Assembly (NCBI RefSeq): GCF_018350175.1
Contig: NC_058368.1
Span: 58,902,001-58,966,000, forward strand
Reading direction: 5' to 3'
Source of the DNA: Felis catus
Lineage: Eukaryota
Length of the DNA: 64,000 nt
Shown: positions 25,201 to 38,040 of the stretch, piece after piece
Layout of the letters: every line of letters starts with the position of its first letter
How positions within the stretch are numbered: the first letter of the stretch is position 1
The notes under the pieces: model-generated
Seen by the model: the letters and a program-made list of their open reading frames with translations, nothing else
What the model was told of the DNA's origin: nothing
Database searches by the model: none
Program-made: the position numbers and the translations under genes

Positions 25201-25829
25201 TTTGTTCCAGTAAACTCAGTAAGTTTCCACTGTCATCATGGGTATTTTCTCAGTTCCTAAATGTATGTTGGATAAATCCAGAACCTTTAAGGATCTCCAG
25301 ATTATTTCCTTGAAGCTGAGTGTTAAGAGTTAGGATAGATGGTAGTAAAGCATAATTAAATGTCTGTGCATCTCTCTCTTCAATCAAATAACAAAGCAAC
25401 ATTAATACAATCTCTGTGAATGTTTGGAACATAGAAGGGTTGTAGATATGTTGACTGCTATTGCATTTCCATATATTTTTTATGGACTGGTGTTCTAGAC
25501 TGGTGAATCTAGGACAATGGTGGTTATTGTAAACCTAGTCACATATTACTCTAATTGCTGCTTTTGTTATAGATACAATTTTCTTTGTATCAAATTAGAC
25601 ACTGTCTCTGCTAGCAGCTTGCTTTTATATGGCAAGGAAAACATAAACTTATGGTCTCCCTTAGGTATATTTCTCTTCTCATGCTGTGCCACAAAATAGC
25701 CTTAGAGACTTTGAATTCATCATGATCCCACTAGATACAATACCAATCCACTACACAAATGACATCACACTGGGGGAGAAGGAATAATGCATGACTTCCT
25801 TTTTTTGCAAGTTCTGAGGTAACATTTTC

Positions 25830-26465
25830 TTCAAGATTTATTTCTTATTCTTCTTGCTCTGCCTGTTTTGCAAGGTGGTCAAGCACTACAGGCTGCATTT
25901 GCAGTCTCTCACATCAACTAATTTGCCTGGGGTTTCAGCATTGGTGGAAATGAGGCATCATGTCCTGTCTACCTCCAAATATAGATGCAACTGTAGCTGG
26001 AAATATCCAAGCATTCTGATAGTGTCCTAAGCAGGTACTCTATGTTCAAGCTTTCCTGCTTCAGGATTTTCTCCAAATCCACAAGAGTTCACTCAGCAAT
26101 AAGCTAGCAGAGCCCTGAATTACAATGGAAGCAATGCCAGTGTAGTCATTGCTAAATCAGCAGGGAAGAAGGGGCAGAATGTTCATCAGATAAGGGCCAT
26201 AGCCTTCCATCTTTTGGAGAGGGGAGCAATTCTGAGGTGCATTTACTTAATTGCTTCAAGGCTTCCCAGTAGGATTAATCCCTAATTACTCATCATGGTA
26301 GGTCCTTCAATAGTGGGTTTTTGGGGTTTTTTTGTCTTTTGGTTTTTGTTTTTTTGATTGAGCTGATACTGGCCTTAACTTCCTGCTTTCTCACTTTGGA
26401 TTATCTTCCAAAGAATTACTTGCATGCAAATCCTTGTATCACACATTGATTTCTGACACCTTAGA
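25830..26465 (+). mobile_element. LTR16-like ERVL LTR
   Basis: 3' end ggattatcttccaaagaattacttgcatgcaaatccttgtatca...ttctg and ggagcaattctgaggtgcattt match recalled LTR16 motifs. Confidence 0.65.
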
Positions 26466-26658
26466 TTATGCATGACTTCTAAATCTTTACATTTTCTAAT
26501 GTAAATATTTAAAGTTAAAAAATCCCTCTAACCCTTAAACTGCATTTTCAGATGAAGGAGGGGAGATGAAGTGTGGAAATTTTATGATTCTATGCTAGGT
26601 CATTTTAATGTCCATTATGATTGTTTCTTTGATGAAAAAGTTTAGAAGTGTGCTTGTA

Positions 26659-26883
26659 GGGGTACCCATGTGGCTCAGTTAATTAAGTGTCCGGCTCTTG
26701 ATTTCAGCTCAGGTCATGATCTCATGGTTCATGCAATTGAGCCCTGCATGGGGCTTTGTGTTGACAGCATGGAGCCTGCTTGGGATTCTCTCTCTCCTAC
26801 TCTCTCTGCCCCTCGCCCAGCTCATGTAGGTGCACTCTCTTTCTTTCTCTCAAAATAAATGAATGAATTTTAATCACAAAAAA
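26659..26883 (+). mobile_element. Can-SINE
   Basis: TSD agaagtgtgcttgta / agaagtatgtttgta. Confidence 0.95.
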
Positions 26884-27317
26884 GAAGTATGTTTGTAAGT
26901 TTTTGAATGTATTTTTTTTCTACTTATTTTTACTTATTGAGTTAACTTTTTGGTTATAATACGGTTAGATAATGTAGATGGTACAATATTCATCATTTTG
27001 ATTTTTTGTACCAAATTTGTATAGATTAAAATATGTATAATATTAATAGATTTCATATGTATTTAAAAATATGTTTTTCTCCACTTTATAATATAGATCT
27101 ATTAAGTTAACCTTGTTTATTGTGCTTTTCAAATTTTACATAATTAACAATTTTTTGGTCCGTTTTACTGATTTCTGAACAAAATATATTAAAATCATTC
27201 ACAACGCTAGAAGATATTTCTGTTGGTATTATGTAATTTTGTTGTTTATGTTTTGAAATTATATAATTAAAATTATATCAGGGTAGAATTGTCATATGTA
27301 TATATATTTATATATAA

Positions 27318-27519
27318 TTAATGTTTATTTTTGAGAGAGAGAAAGAGACAGAATGTGAGCAGGGGAGGATTGGAGAGAGAGGGAGACACAGAATCCGAAG
27401 CAGGCTCCAGGCTCTGAGCTGTCAGCACAGAGCCCGACACAGGGCTCAAACCCATGAAAGGTGAGACATGACCTGAGCTGAAGTTGGATGCCCAACCAAC
27501 TGAGCCACCCAGGTGCCCC
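27318..27519 (-). mobile_element. Can-SINE inserted at the tail of the adjacent SINE
   Basis: Full body directly abutting the next SINE, with aatgttt at both ends. Confidence 0.95.
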
Positions 27520-27718
27520 AATGTTTTTTAAGTTTATTTATTTACTCAGAGAGAAAGAGAGAGAGAGAACACAGAGGAGGAGCAGAAAAAGAGGGAGAGA
27601 CAGAGAATATCAAGCAGGGCTTGATCCACACAGGGCTCAATCTCAGGAATTGTGAGATCATGACCTGAGCTGAGATCAAGAGTTGGACGCCCAACTGACT
27701 GAGTCACCCTGGCACTCC
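27520..27718 (-). mobile_element. Can-SINE
   Basis: aagtttatttattt...gagtcaccctggcactcc. Confidence 0.93.
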
Positions 27719-27808
27719 ATCACATGTTCTTAATTAATTGAAAAATTCAATTATTATGGAGTCACTTTCTTTTCTTTATCCATTTGGCCTCAAAATTTAT
27801 TTTGTCTT

Positions 27809-28026
27809 GGGTGCCTGGGTGGCTCAGTCAGTTGAGCATCTGACTCTTGATTTTGGCTCAGGTCATGACCTCACAGTTTGTAGGTTTGAGTCTTATGTTG
27901 GGCTCTGTGCTGCCAGTGCAGAGCCTGTTTGGGATTCGCTCTCTCTCTGCCCTCTCTCCACATTCTCTCCCTTTCTCTCTCTCTCTCTCTCTGTTTGTCT
28001 CTCAGAAATAAATAAACATTTTTAAA
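27809..28026 (+). mobile_element. Can-SINE
   Basis: gggtgcctgggtggctcagtcagttgagc...aataaataaacatt. Confidence 0.95.
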
Positions 28027-28127
28027 AATGCATTTTTTCTGATATTAATGGAGCATCTATAATGTTTTGTTGTGTTTTGACCCTTATATGCTATATCTCA
28101 ATTTCTTTATTTAAGAATGGAGAGATT

Positions 28128-28323
28128 TCTTAATGTTTAATTATTTTTGAGAGAGACTCATGCATGTGCGGTTGAAGGGCAGAGAGAGAGAAAGAATTTC
28201 AAGAAGGCTCCACAGCTGTCAGCACAGGCGCAGATATGGGGCTCGAACTCACAAAATGTGATTTCATGACTTGAGCCAAAATCAAGGCTCAGAAGCTCAA
28301 CCAGCTAAACCACTCAGGCACCC
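28128..28323 (-). mobile_element. Can-SINE
   Basis: aatgtttaattatttttgagag...caggcaccc. Confidence 0.92.
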
Positions 28324-28374
28324 TTATGTATCTCAGTTTCTTGTGACCTGCATTAGATACTGTTTTCCTGAAAC

Positions 28375-28376
<2 letters not shown>

Positions 28377-28414
<38 letters not shown>

Positions 28415-28422
28415 CGCATGTG
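28377..28422. repeat. (TG)15(CG)5 microsatellite
   Basis: Directly visible. Confidence 0.95.
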
Positions 28423-29435
28423 TTTTAATCTTAAATTTTGCAATCTTTACCTCTTTATTGGAAAGTTTATTCACATGTATTTACTGTATTTATGGATGAA
28501 TTAAGATGTATTTGTACTGTTTGTGTGCTGCTATAATTGCCTTACTTTACTTTTGTCAAGAGTTATCTTTTTACATAAAGCTTTATGTCTACTATTTTAA
28601 TTGTAACCTTAGCTACTTTAACATGGTGTTGTGGAGACTACTAGCTAAACCTCTACAACAAATTTACTTTAGAATAAAATAGTTTTTTGTGTGTTTGTTT
28701 TCATTTGGCTTTTTAAAATGGAGCTTTTGTTTTGTTTTGTTTTCTGTAATGGATTCGTGGAAGGAGAGAAGTTTGGGGAGGTGGGAGCTATGTTTCACCA
28801 GATAATTCTAAAATGCTGATACCTCCCTTCTTGTTGCTCTGCCAAACAGAAGGTAATTCTTTGTGTGCATGGTCAGGCATGTTTCAACTCTGCATACTTT
28901 TTTTTTTTTCTGGAGGGAAAAGAGAGAGAGAGAATATGTCCAGAAAAACAGTATCCATGAACCTTACGGTGGGAATTTGGTCTCATGTTTGTACCTAGTT
29001 GCAAGACTGAGAATCATAATTTGTATTTGATATTTCAAGTTCACAAGTAATTTTTTTTGTATTCCTATTGAAATAAGAAGTATATTTTGGTGGCCAAATA
29101 GCACTCTGCCAAAATGTGCATGAATTGATACTGTTGTGTCTATAGTAATAGGAACTGTTACTATTGGTTTCTCTGGAACACAAAGATATTAGAATATTTA
29201 TTTACTATTATCCTCCCCTAAATAAACATACTGTTTTTTAAAAAAAATATTTTAGGGCTATTCTGGTATTTTTTTAACAGAAATAAGTTATTAATATATC
29301 ATTCAAAACAATCACTGTTTGCTTACTGTCTCCAACACTCTTACCAGTCCATTTGCTCTGCATTCCTTTTTACATTCCAGATGTTCCATCTGCAATTTTC
29401 TTTTTGCCTGAAGCACATCCTTAGAATTTCATTTA

Positions 29436-29665
29436 TTTATTTATTTTATTTTTTTTAATTAATGTTTATTTATATTTGAGAGAGAGAGAAACAGAGTGTG
29501 ACCTGGAGAGGGGCAGAGAGAGAGAGGGAGACACAGAATCCCAAGCAGGTTCCAGGCACTGAGTCGTCAGCACAGAGCCCGACTTGGGGCTTGAACTCAC
29601 GAACTGTGAGATCATGACCTGAGCCTAAGTTGGACACTTAACTGACTGAGCCACCCAAGTGTCCA
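29436..29665 (-). mobile_element. Can-SINE
   Basis: Perfect TSD tagaatttcattta at 29422-29435 and 29666-29679. Confidence 0.96.
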
Positions 29666-29718
29666 TAGAATTTCATTTAATGCAAAGTTCCTTTAGAATG
29701 CTTTTACTTTTACTTTTA

Positions 29719-29927
29719 GGGGCACCTGGATGGCTCAGTTGGTTGAGCATCGCACTTCAGCTCAGGTCATGATCTTGCAGTCCACGGGTGTCTGGCTCTG
29801 TGCTGACGGCTCAGAGCCTGGAGCCTGCTTGGGACTCTGTATGTATCTCTCTCTCTGCCCCTCCCCTGCTCATGCTCTGTCTCTCTCTCCCTCAAAATAA
29901 ATAAGCATTAAAAAAATTTAAAAAAAA
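29719..29927 (+). mobile_element. Can-SINE
   Basis: ggggcacctggatggctcag...aaaataaataagcatt, TSD-like aatgc(t/a)tttacttt. Confidence 0.95.
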
Positions 29928-31555
29928 TGCATTTACTTTCAGTGATCAGTTCTCTGTTTTGGTTTGATTTTGTTTGAAAATCAGTTCACTTTTCCATCAT
30001 TGTTGACTTAGTTGTATATTTGTATTTTTATTAGGTATTTAATTATTTATTGGCAGCTTAATTGTGACAACACTATGTTCTGTCTTCCACTGTTGCCTTT
30101 GAGAACATAGCTGTGTGTGTAACAGCCATTCATCTGAAGATAAACTCTACTTTCTCTTTTTTTGATGTTCTGAATTAAACTAGAAAGTATCCAGATCTGT
30201 GTGTGCACCACTGTGCCTGTGTATATGTGTGCATATGTGTGTTGCTTCTTTTCATTGTAAGTCATTAGATTTTCTTTTCATTACTAACCTTTAAACATCT
30301 GCTTTACATGTCATTTTCTCTTTGTAGTGTATTCTGCATAATTTCTTCAGTTTTAACTTTAGTTCATAATTGTTTCTTCTGATGTGCAAAATCTTCAGTT
30401 AATGTTAATTGGTTATTGCATATTTTATTTGGAAGTTTTGTTTGTGTTTCATCTATACTCTTTGATTCCTAATTTATATTTTTTAACTTCCTGTCTGTTC
30501 TTCAATGTATAAAACATTGTCATTTGGTGTTTTCTGACTGATAACTCCAGTACCAATGGCCTTCTTGTATTGTCCTTTTTTTTTTTTTTTCTCCAAAGAG
30601 TTTTACTCCTGTGGCCTTGATTTCTTGGGAGTTTGAAAACTTATTTTTATTAAAGATTTCTAATAGTAATGTATTGAGTGCTGAGTAGAATTTTAGTTTC
30701 TGTGGGTGGGAGGTGTGTTTGCTTTTACCACTTATTTTGAGGTGGGAGTGCTACCAACACAAAACCAAATAAATTAAATATTCTAGTTGGATATTTTGGA
30801 ATCTCACACCCACTCTGAAAAACTGAAAAATGTGTGAAGTCTGATTTTGTGTTCATCAGTTCCTAGCAGAAAGGTTTGTTTGTTTCTTTTAACTTATGTT
30901 TCTGCCCCACACTTCAGCAATAAAAACAATATAGGAATTTTTGCAGTTACCTTATTCAGAGGTTTTTGTCTGTTTGTTTGCTTATTTGTTTGTTTTAATC
31001 TTTCATTTTTACAATGATAGATTAGGGAGTTGAAAGCTAGGCTTATGCTGTGGTATTTTATTAGATTACCCACTTGGGAAGACTATGTTTACTCTTTTCT
31101 CACTTATACTACTCACCAGTTACAGCAGAAATTTATGGTCTTTAGAGTTCAAAGATACTCTCAATTCAAAAGCCAGCCTTTGGATTAAATTATATGACAT
31201 TTTCTTAATTTTATTTCATTTCACTTTGGGATTAATGGGTCCTTTATTTTCATGCCAGTTTATCAGAGCCCTTAAAATCATGTTCATGAATACTCACATA
31301 TGTGTTACTTTAATTGGGAAGACTATTCCTAATATATGAACCTTCATATTGCTCGAATAGAAGTAAAGAAGTGTGTTACAATTTTAGAACCAGCCTTTAG
31401 GAAATTTTATATAGATATATAAAATATAAAATACATTTATATATATACAAAATATTTATATATATAGAATATATATAGATTGATATAAATATAGTCCTGA
31501 AAATTATTTTCTAGGGAATTATTGATAAATAGTACAATGTCAAAGTAATGTACAT

Positions 31556-31761
31556 TTAAAAAAATTTTTAGCATTTATTCATTTTTGAGAGATAGAGAGA
31601 GACAGAGCATGACTGGGAGAGGGGCAGAGAGAGGGAGACACAGAATCTGAAACAGGCTCCAGGCTCTGAGCCATCAGCACAGAGCCCAACACCTACAAAC
31701 TGCGAGATCATGACCTGAGCCAAAGTCAGATGCTCCACTGACTGAGCCACCTAGGTGCCCC
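31556..31761 (-). mobile_element. Can-SINE
   Basis: SINE body, degenerate TSD aagt...tacattt. Confidence 0.94.
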
Positions 31762-32538
31762 TAAGTGACATACATTTTTGGCTTAACTAGGTGGATAGAG
31801 GTGCTATTTATTGAGAAAGCTTATAATGTTTGACTATATGTTAACACCGAAAGATCTTCTAAGTATAAATCTCCTAGTATGAATCCTAGGGTGTGCATGT
31901 CATGTTCTCAACTTAGAAATATAGTCTCGTGAATGATTTTTATGAGTATAATATGAGATTGTCTAAAAAGATTTTGGAATTCAGGAAAAAAAGAGAGAGG
32001 GGGTCAGGGAGAGATTTCAAAGATAACTCAAGAGTGAGCCATAAAGAAAAGAAACTTTTAACAGACTAATTAAAGGAAATTAGCAGAAAAGATACGAGTT
32101 TAGTAATCTAGAGAAAAACAGATCCTGATTACCTAGCAGCAAAGAGAGAAGTTTTTAGGTTGTTGTATCTAATTTATCTGAAATGCCAATCAGGATAAGA
32201 AGGAAAAAATATTATATGTAATTTATTAAAATCTAGATTATCTATAATATTGGTGACAAATACTTTATACCGGTTTCAAAGCTGAGAAGTGAGTATATTA
32301 ACTTGTGAAATAAATATGTGGAATGTCAATAATTCTTTAAAAAGAACTCTGCTGACATTTGTGCCTATAAATTTTACAGTTTCTCTTGTTGCTATAAATG
32401 CTATATTTCTCTTATTACCATAAATTAACTCTGTAGCCTCAAAGTTCATTCTACCCCTTTTCCTTTTGGAGTAAATAAGATTTCATTTCAGCTAGTCAAA
32501 GAGTTGCTTCAGTTGATAGGTTCATCTCCTATATTATG

Positions 32539-32768
32539 TTTTTTACATTTTTCATCAATGTTTATTCATTTTTGAGAGAGACAGAGTGCGACCAGGGGAG
32601 GGGCAGAGAGAAACGGAGACACAGAATCCGAAGCAGGCTGCAGGTTCCAAGCTGTCAGCACAGAGTCCGATGTGGGGCTTGACCCCACAAACCGTGAGAT
32701 TATGACCTGAACCTACGAACTGTGAGATTCTGACTGGACATTCAGCCTACTGAGCTACCTAGGCACCC
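32539..32768 (-). mobile_element. Can-SINE
   Basis: TSD tcctatattat. Confidence 0.94.
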
Positions 32769-33059
32769 TATCCTATATTATTATTTTAAAACTCTACTAG
32801 ATCATAAATTTTATCTTAAGTATTTCTCACAAAAAATGAAAGGAAAAAATAAATACTTCTCTTCAACTTCTTTCACGCTTCCAGCTGCCAACTTTTTTCT
32901 TTCCTATCTTTTACAACAATACCTTTACAACTGTTATCTCGTTTCTGTGTCCATTTTATTTTTCTTGTTCTCTTTCAAGAATTATAATGACCATCAAGAT
33001 AAAAAAGCTTATTGATTAGGGTAAAGGCTAAGTTGATTTAATAAATATATTCTTACCAT

Positions 33060-33720
33060 AAATAACACTTCAAACTCACTAGGATGAATATAGTCAAATG
33101 GACAGGAAAACCATGGAAAATTATATTCCCATATCTGGTGGGAATGTAAAATGCTACAGTCACTTTGGAAAATAGTCTGTCATTTCCTAAAAAGGTTAAA
33201 CATAGAGTCAGCACATGATCCAGCTATTCCACTCTTTTTGAAAACGTATACTCCCAGATATTTGCACAGAAGTGTTCATGGCAGCATTATTCACAATTGC
33301 CAAAAAGTGAAAACAACCCAATGTCCATTAACTGATAAATGGATCAATAAAATGTGGTATATCCTACGATGAAGTATTTATTACTTGTCATAAAAAGAAA
33401 TGAAGTACTGACAAATGCTACAACATGGATGAATCCTAAAAATATGCTGAGTGAAAAAATCCATCCACAGAGGGTCACAAATTATAAGATCCGATTTATA
33501 TGGAATATAAAGAATAGACAAATCTATAAAGACAGAGAGGGTAGACTAGCAATTGCCTATGGCTGGGAATAGAGGGTGTCTGTTGTGACTTCCAAAGGGG
33601 AAGGGTTTCTTTTTGGTATAATGAAAATGTTTTAAATTAATTGTGTTCCCTGGCTGCACAACTTTGTGAATATACTAAAAACCATTTAAATGTACATTTT
33701 AATTGGGTGAATTAATCTGT
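33060..33720 (+). mobile_element. Old L1M (L1MB-like) ORF2 end and 3'UTR
   Basis: ORF track 33151-33372 (LWKIVCHFLKRLNIESAHDPAIPL...DKWINKMWY) is the L1 ORF2 C-terminus, followed by the typical 3'UTR ctgcacaactttgtgaatatactaaaaacc. Confidence 0.88.
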
Positions 33721-34331
33721 CACAAAGTAAATAATCAGTCAACAGTGAATATTTACTCTTCCCGTGAATATTGTGACTTTGTTTCTCAGCACAGGAAGGA
33801 AATACCATTTCCCCAGCTCTTTTTTTTTGCCAGGAGTACAAAAAAATCTAAAGTGTATATTAGTGTATTCTCTCATGTGTAATATACCTTCTCAGAGTAG
33901 TCTAAGTTGGAGGGATAAATCTATTCCACTGTTCATTCAAGAACACAGATTTTATCTATCTTGTTATTTTACCAAATTCAAGTGCTTTGCCCTCTTATAC
34001 ATGTTCAAAACATGCTCATGGTAACAATAGGCACCAGTTAGAGGCTTTTCTATTTGAAGATGCTGCAGAAGAAGAATAGAAGTCATCACCTAATCTAGTG
34101 TCTTTATAGACCCAGCAAATAAACCTTAGGTGGGATAACAGGGTTTACTTTATATAAATAAGTTTTATTTCCAAACTTGTATATAATTATAAATTGTTGT
34201 AGATACAGTATATTCATTTAAAAAAGTAAAGTCATATCATTTTGTGAGATGAAAATTTGAGATGAATAAAAATATTGCATTTGGTAGGGTAAATTTATTG
34301 CATTAAAATATGGTATTTGGATGTATGAATT

Positions 34332-36046
34332 TATTATTATTATTATTTTGAAATTTATTGTCAAATTGGTTTCCATACAGCACCCAGAGCTCATCCCAAA
34401 AGGTGCCCTCCTCTATACCCATCACCCACCCCCCCTCAACCCTCAGTTCTCAGTTTTTAAGAGTCTCTTATGCTTTGGCTCTCCCACTCTAACCTCTTTT
34501 TTTTTTCCCTTCCCCTCCCCCATGGGTTTCTGTTAACTTTCTCAGGATCCACATATGAGTGAAAACATATGGTATCTGTATTTCTCTGTATGACTTATTT
34601 CACTTAGCATAACACTCTCCAGTTCCATTCACGTTGCTACAAAGGGCCATATTTCATTATTTCTCATTGCCACGTAGTATTCCATTGTGTATATAAACCA
34701 CAATTTCTTTATCCATTCATCAGTTGATGGACATTTAGGCTCTTTCCATAATTTGGCTATTGTTGAGAGTGCTGCTATAAACATTGGGGTACAAGTGCCC
34801 CTATGCATCAGTACTCCTGTATCCCTTGGGTAAATTCCTAGCAGTGCTATTGCTGGGTCATAGGGTAGGTCTATTTTTAATTTTTTGAGGAAGCTCCACA
34901 CTTTTCCAGAGTGTTTTCCAGAGTGGCTGCACCAGTTTGCATTCCCACCAACAGTGCAAGAGGGTTCCTGTTTCTCCACATCCTCTCCAGCATCTATAGT
35001 CTCCTGATTTGTTCATTTTGGCCACTCTGACTGGCGTGAGGTGATATCTGAGTGTGGTTTTGATTTGTATTTCCCTGATGAGGAGTGACATTGAGCATCT
35101 TTTCATGTGCCTGTTGGCCATCTGGATGTCTTCTTTAGAAAAGTGTCTATTCATGTTTTCTGCCCATTTCTTCACTGGGTTATTTGTTTTTCGGGTGTGG
35201 AGTTTGGGGAGCTCTTTATAGATTTTGGATACTAGCCCTTTGTCCGATATGTCATTTGCAAATGTCTTTTCCCATTCCGTTGGTTGCCTTTTAGTTTTGT
35301 TGGTTGTTTCCTTTGCTGTGCAGAAGCTTTTTATCTTCATGAGGTCCCAGTAGTTCATTTTTGCTTTTAATTCCCTTGCCTTTGGGGATGTGTAAAGTAA
35401 GAAATTGCTACGACTGAGGTCAGAGAGGTCTTTTCCTGCTTTCTCCTCTAGGGTTTTGATGGTTTCTTGTCTCACATTCGGGTCCTTTATCCATATTGAG
35501 TTTACTTTTGTGAATGGTGTGAGAAAGTGGTCTAGTTTCATTCTCCTGCATGTTGCTGTCCAGTTCTCCCAGCACCATTTGTTAAAGAGGCTGTCTTTTT
35601 TCCATTGGATGTTCTTTCCTGCTTTGTCAAAGATTAGTTGGACATACATTTGTGAGTCTAGTTCTGGGGTGTCTATTCTATTCCATTGGTCTATGTGTCT
35701 GTTTTTGTGCTAATACCATGCTGTCTTGATGATTACAGCTTTGTAGTAGAGGCTAAAGTCTGGGATTGTGATGCCTCCTGCTTTGGTCTTCTTCTTCAAA
35801 ATTACTTTGGCTATTTGGAGCCTTTTGTGGTTCCATATGAATTTTAGGATTGCTTGTTCTAGCTTTGAGAAGAATGCTGGTGCAATTTTGATTGGGATTG
35901 CATTGAATGTGTAGATAGCTTTGGGTAGTATTGCCATTTTGACAATATTTATCAATCCATGACACGGAATGTTTTTCCATTTCTTTATATCTTCTTCAAT
36001 TTCCTTCATAAGCTTTCTATAATTTTCAGCATACAGATCTTTTACA
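34332..36046 (-). mobile_element. Young 5'-truncated felid LINE-1 (3' part of ORF2 plus 3'UTR), disrupted
   Basis: ORFs 35710-36069, 34858-35649 and 34629-34979 translate to L1 ORF2 ([39 protein letters not shown]). Perfect TSD ttggatgtatgaatt at 34317-34331 and 36047-36061. Confidence 0.98.
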
Positions 36047-36925
36047 TTGGATGTATGAATTAAGGTCATCTCATAAATTGCTACTTATTTAACTTGATAT
36101 TACATTTAACATATTTGTTTTTCTAGACAATGCGTACCCAAGGCTAGAAAATGTCAGTTATATTCCTTAGAAGTTTTACTTCACTTTTAATTTGTCTTTT
36201 TTCAGATACATAGCAGAAATATTTTAAAACCTTGGAAACTTTGAAAAATTACTTAATTTGAGGTTTCAAAACGTGCTTTATAATTTTACAACCCAGCTTC
36301 TATTTCAGGGATGTTTTAAAATGTGTCTTTTTTTATAAGCCATAACCCATAGAGTAAAACCATGATGCTTACATACAAAATGTGCAATTTCCAATATGAA
36401 AGAAGGTTTTTCAGGGTTTATCTCTGTTGAAGCAATACTCTTCTTGATCTTTGGAAGTAAGGATAAAATAGTATAAAATTCGTGTTTTGGCCTTTTAAAA
36501 TCTCAGACTTTTCCCCCTTGATATGCTTTTGGTAAAATGAGTCTGTATGAACTTTTAAATTAATAAAATCAATTAACATCAGATTGCGATGATACACCAT
36601 ATTTTTCAGTAGAAAATGTATTAGAGAATATTCATTTTCTGGCTGTAGTAGAAATCTACTTCTATCCAGAAGGCACTCCTCCTGCAGATTGTTCAAATAG
36701 AGTAAGCTTTTCTCCATTGCACCTTCTGTCAATGGGCCTAAGTATGGGAGAGCAATCCTCCTTGTTCCTCAATACTGCTTTTAAATGAATTTCCATTCGT
36801 CCTTTCTGGTAATCCCCATATTTTAATCTCTTATCTTCAGACTCTAATCTATAGACCCACTAAACTTTTGTTGGAATTCTCTGCTAATAGCAATATTGTA
36901 CTTCATCTCAAGGACTTTATTTCTA

Positions 36926-37187
36926 GGGGCACCTGGGTGGCTTAGTTGGTGTGGTATCTGACTCTTGATTTTGGCTCAGGTCATAATCTTGCAGTAGTGG
37001 GATTGAGCCCCATGTCGGGCTCTGTGCTGACAATTCAGAGCATGCTTGAGATTCTCTCTGTCTCTCTCTGTTTCTGCCCTTCCCCCACTCACACACACAC
37101 ACATGTGCACGCGCACACACACGTGCACATGCACACACACACCTCTCTCTCTCTCTATCTCAAAATAAATAAATAAACATTAAAAAA
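36926..37187 (+). mobile_element. Can-SINE with internal (CA)n expansion
   Basis: TSD gactttatttc. Confidence 0.95.
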
Positions 37188-37915
37188 GACTTTATTTCCT
37201 TCTTATTGCCATTGTCTCCAACACAATTCCTCTTATAATTGCTGGTGATTTTAGTATCTACTACTTGATCCTTGCAAAGCCTGGCCTTTATTTAATGATT
37301 ATAGTCCACTACCCTACCACAGCTTTCTACTCCTGAAACTGTCTTTACAAGTAATGGTATCATCTAAGTAGTTTCAATTTTATATGTCTTACTCTCCACC
37401 TATAACTGTTTATATTTATCATTCATTCTCCCATGACACTGAAGATTCATATTCCCCACCAGGACCAATACGCCACAGATACTACAACTTTTACCTCACC
37501 ACTTGGATACATCCACGGTCTTACTATCCCAGTTTAAATTTCACAATAATTTATAATTATCCTCATTTATATATATGTCCAACCTTCTTGAATCACTCTA
37601 TCTCTTATACTTATTTTGCATTATCACCATTCCACTTAGTTAGCTCTCCACAATAGTGCCTCTCTACAATGTCTTCCTTTCTATGTCTGCTCCTATGTAG
37701 TTGAACAGAGTTTGGGGGAAAAACATGACGATGACTGGTCTTATTCTACATTTATATCACTAACTTTACATAGAGTTAAGTAGAGTTCTTAGGTGCCTCA
37801 GCAATCATATTATCCTCTCCGTATCTGTTCATTGTTCACTGTCCTCTGATTTTTTCAAACCTCTCTCTTGAAAGTTCCAATAACTTTCTTCTCACTCTTG
37901 GCTGATGATATTGAC

Positions 37916-38040
37916 ATTTTTAATTGTGGTTAAAGAAAAGATGTATCATAAAATTTACCATCTTAACCATTTTTAAGTGTATAGATCAGAGGTGTTAAGT
38001 ATATTTACATTGTTATGAAAAAACCTCCAAAACTTTTGAC
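37916..38040 (-). mobile_element. L1MB-like 3' terminus
   Basis: ttttttaattgtggt...aaatttaccatcttaaccatttttaagtgtata. Confidence 0.8.

Larger units (their letters stand above)
27050..31330 (-). mobile_element. Highly decayed old L1 (L1ME/HAL1-like) interrupted by six SINEs
   Basis: T-rich antisense L1-like tracts, e.g. ttttctttttgcctgaagcacatccttagaatttc and tcttccactgttgcctttgagaa. Boundaries approximate. Confidence 0.5.

Noticed and set aside
34629..36069. Longest ORFs in the window as a host gene
   Set aside because: They are fragments of L1 ORF2 in a truncated, frameshifted copy
36418..36732. 104-aa minus ORF and a possible plus-strand exon at 36649-36701
   Set aside because: No recognisable protein, weak polypyrimidine tract, no supporting neighbouring exons
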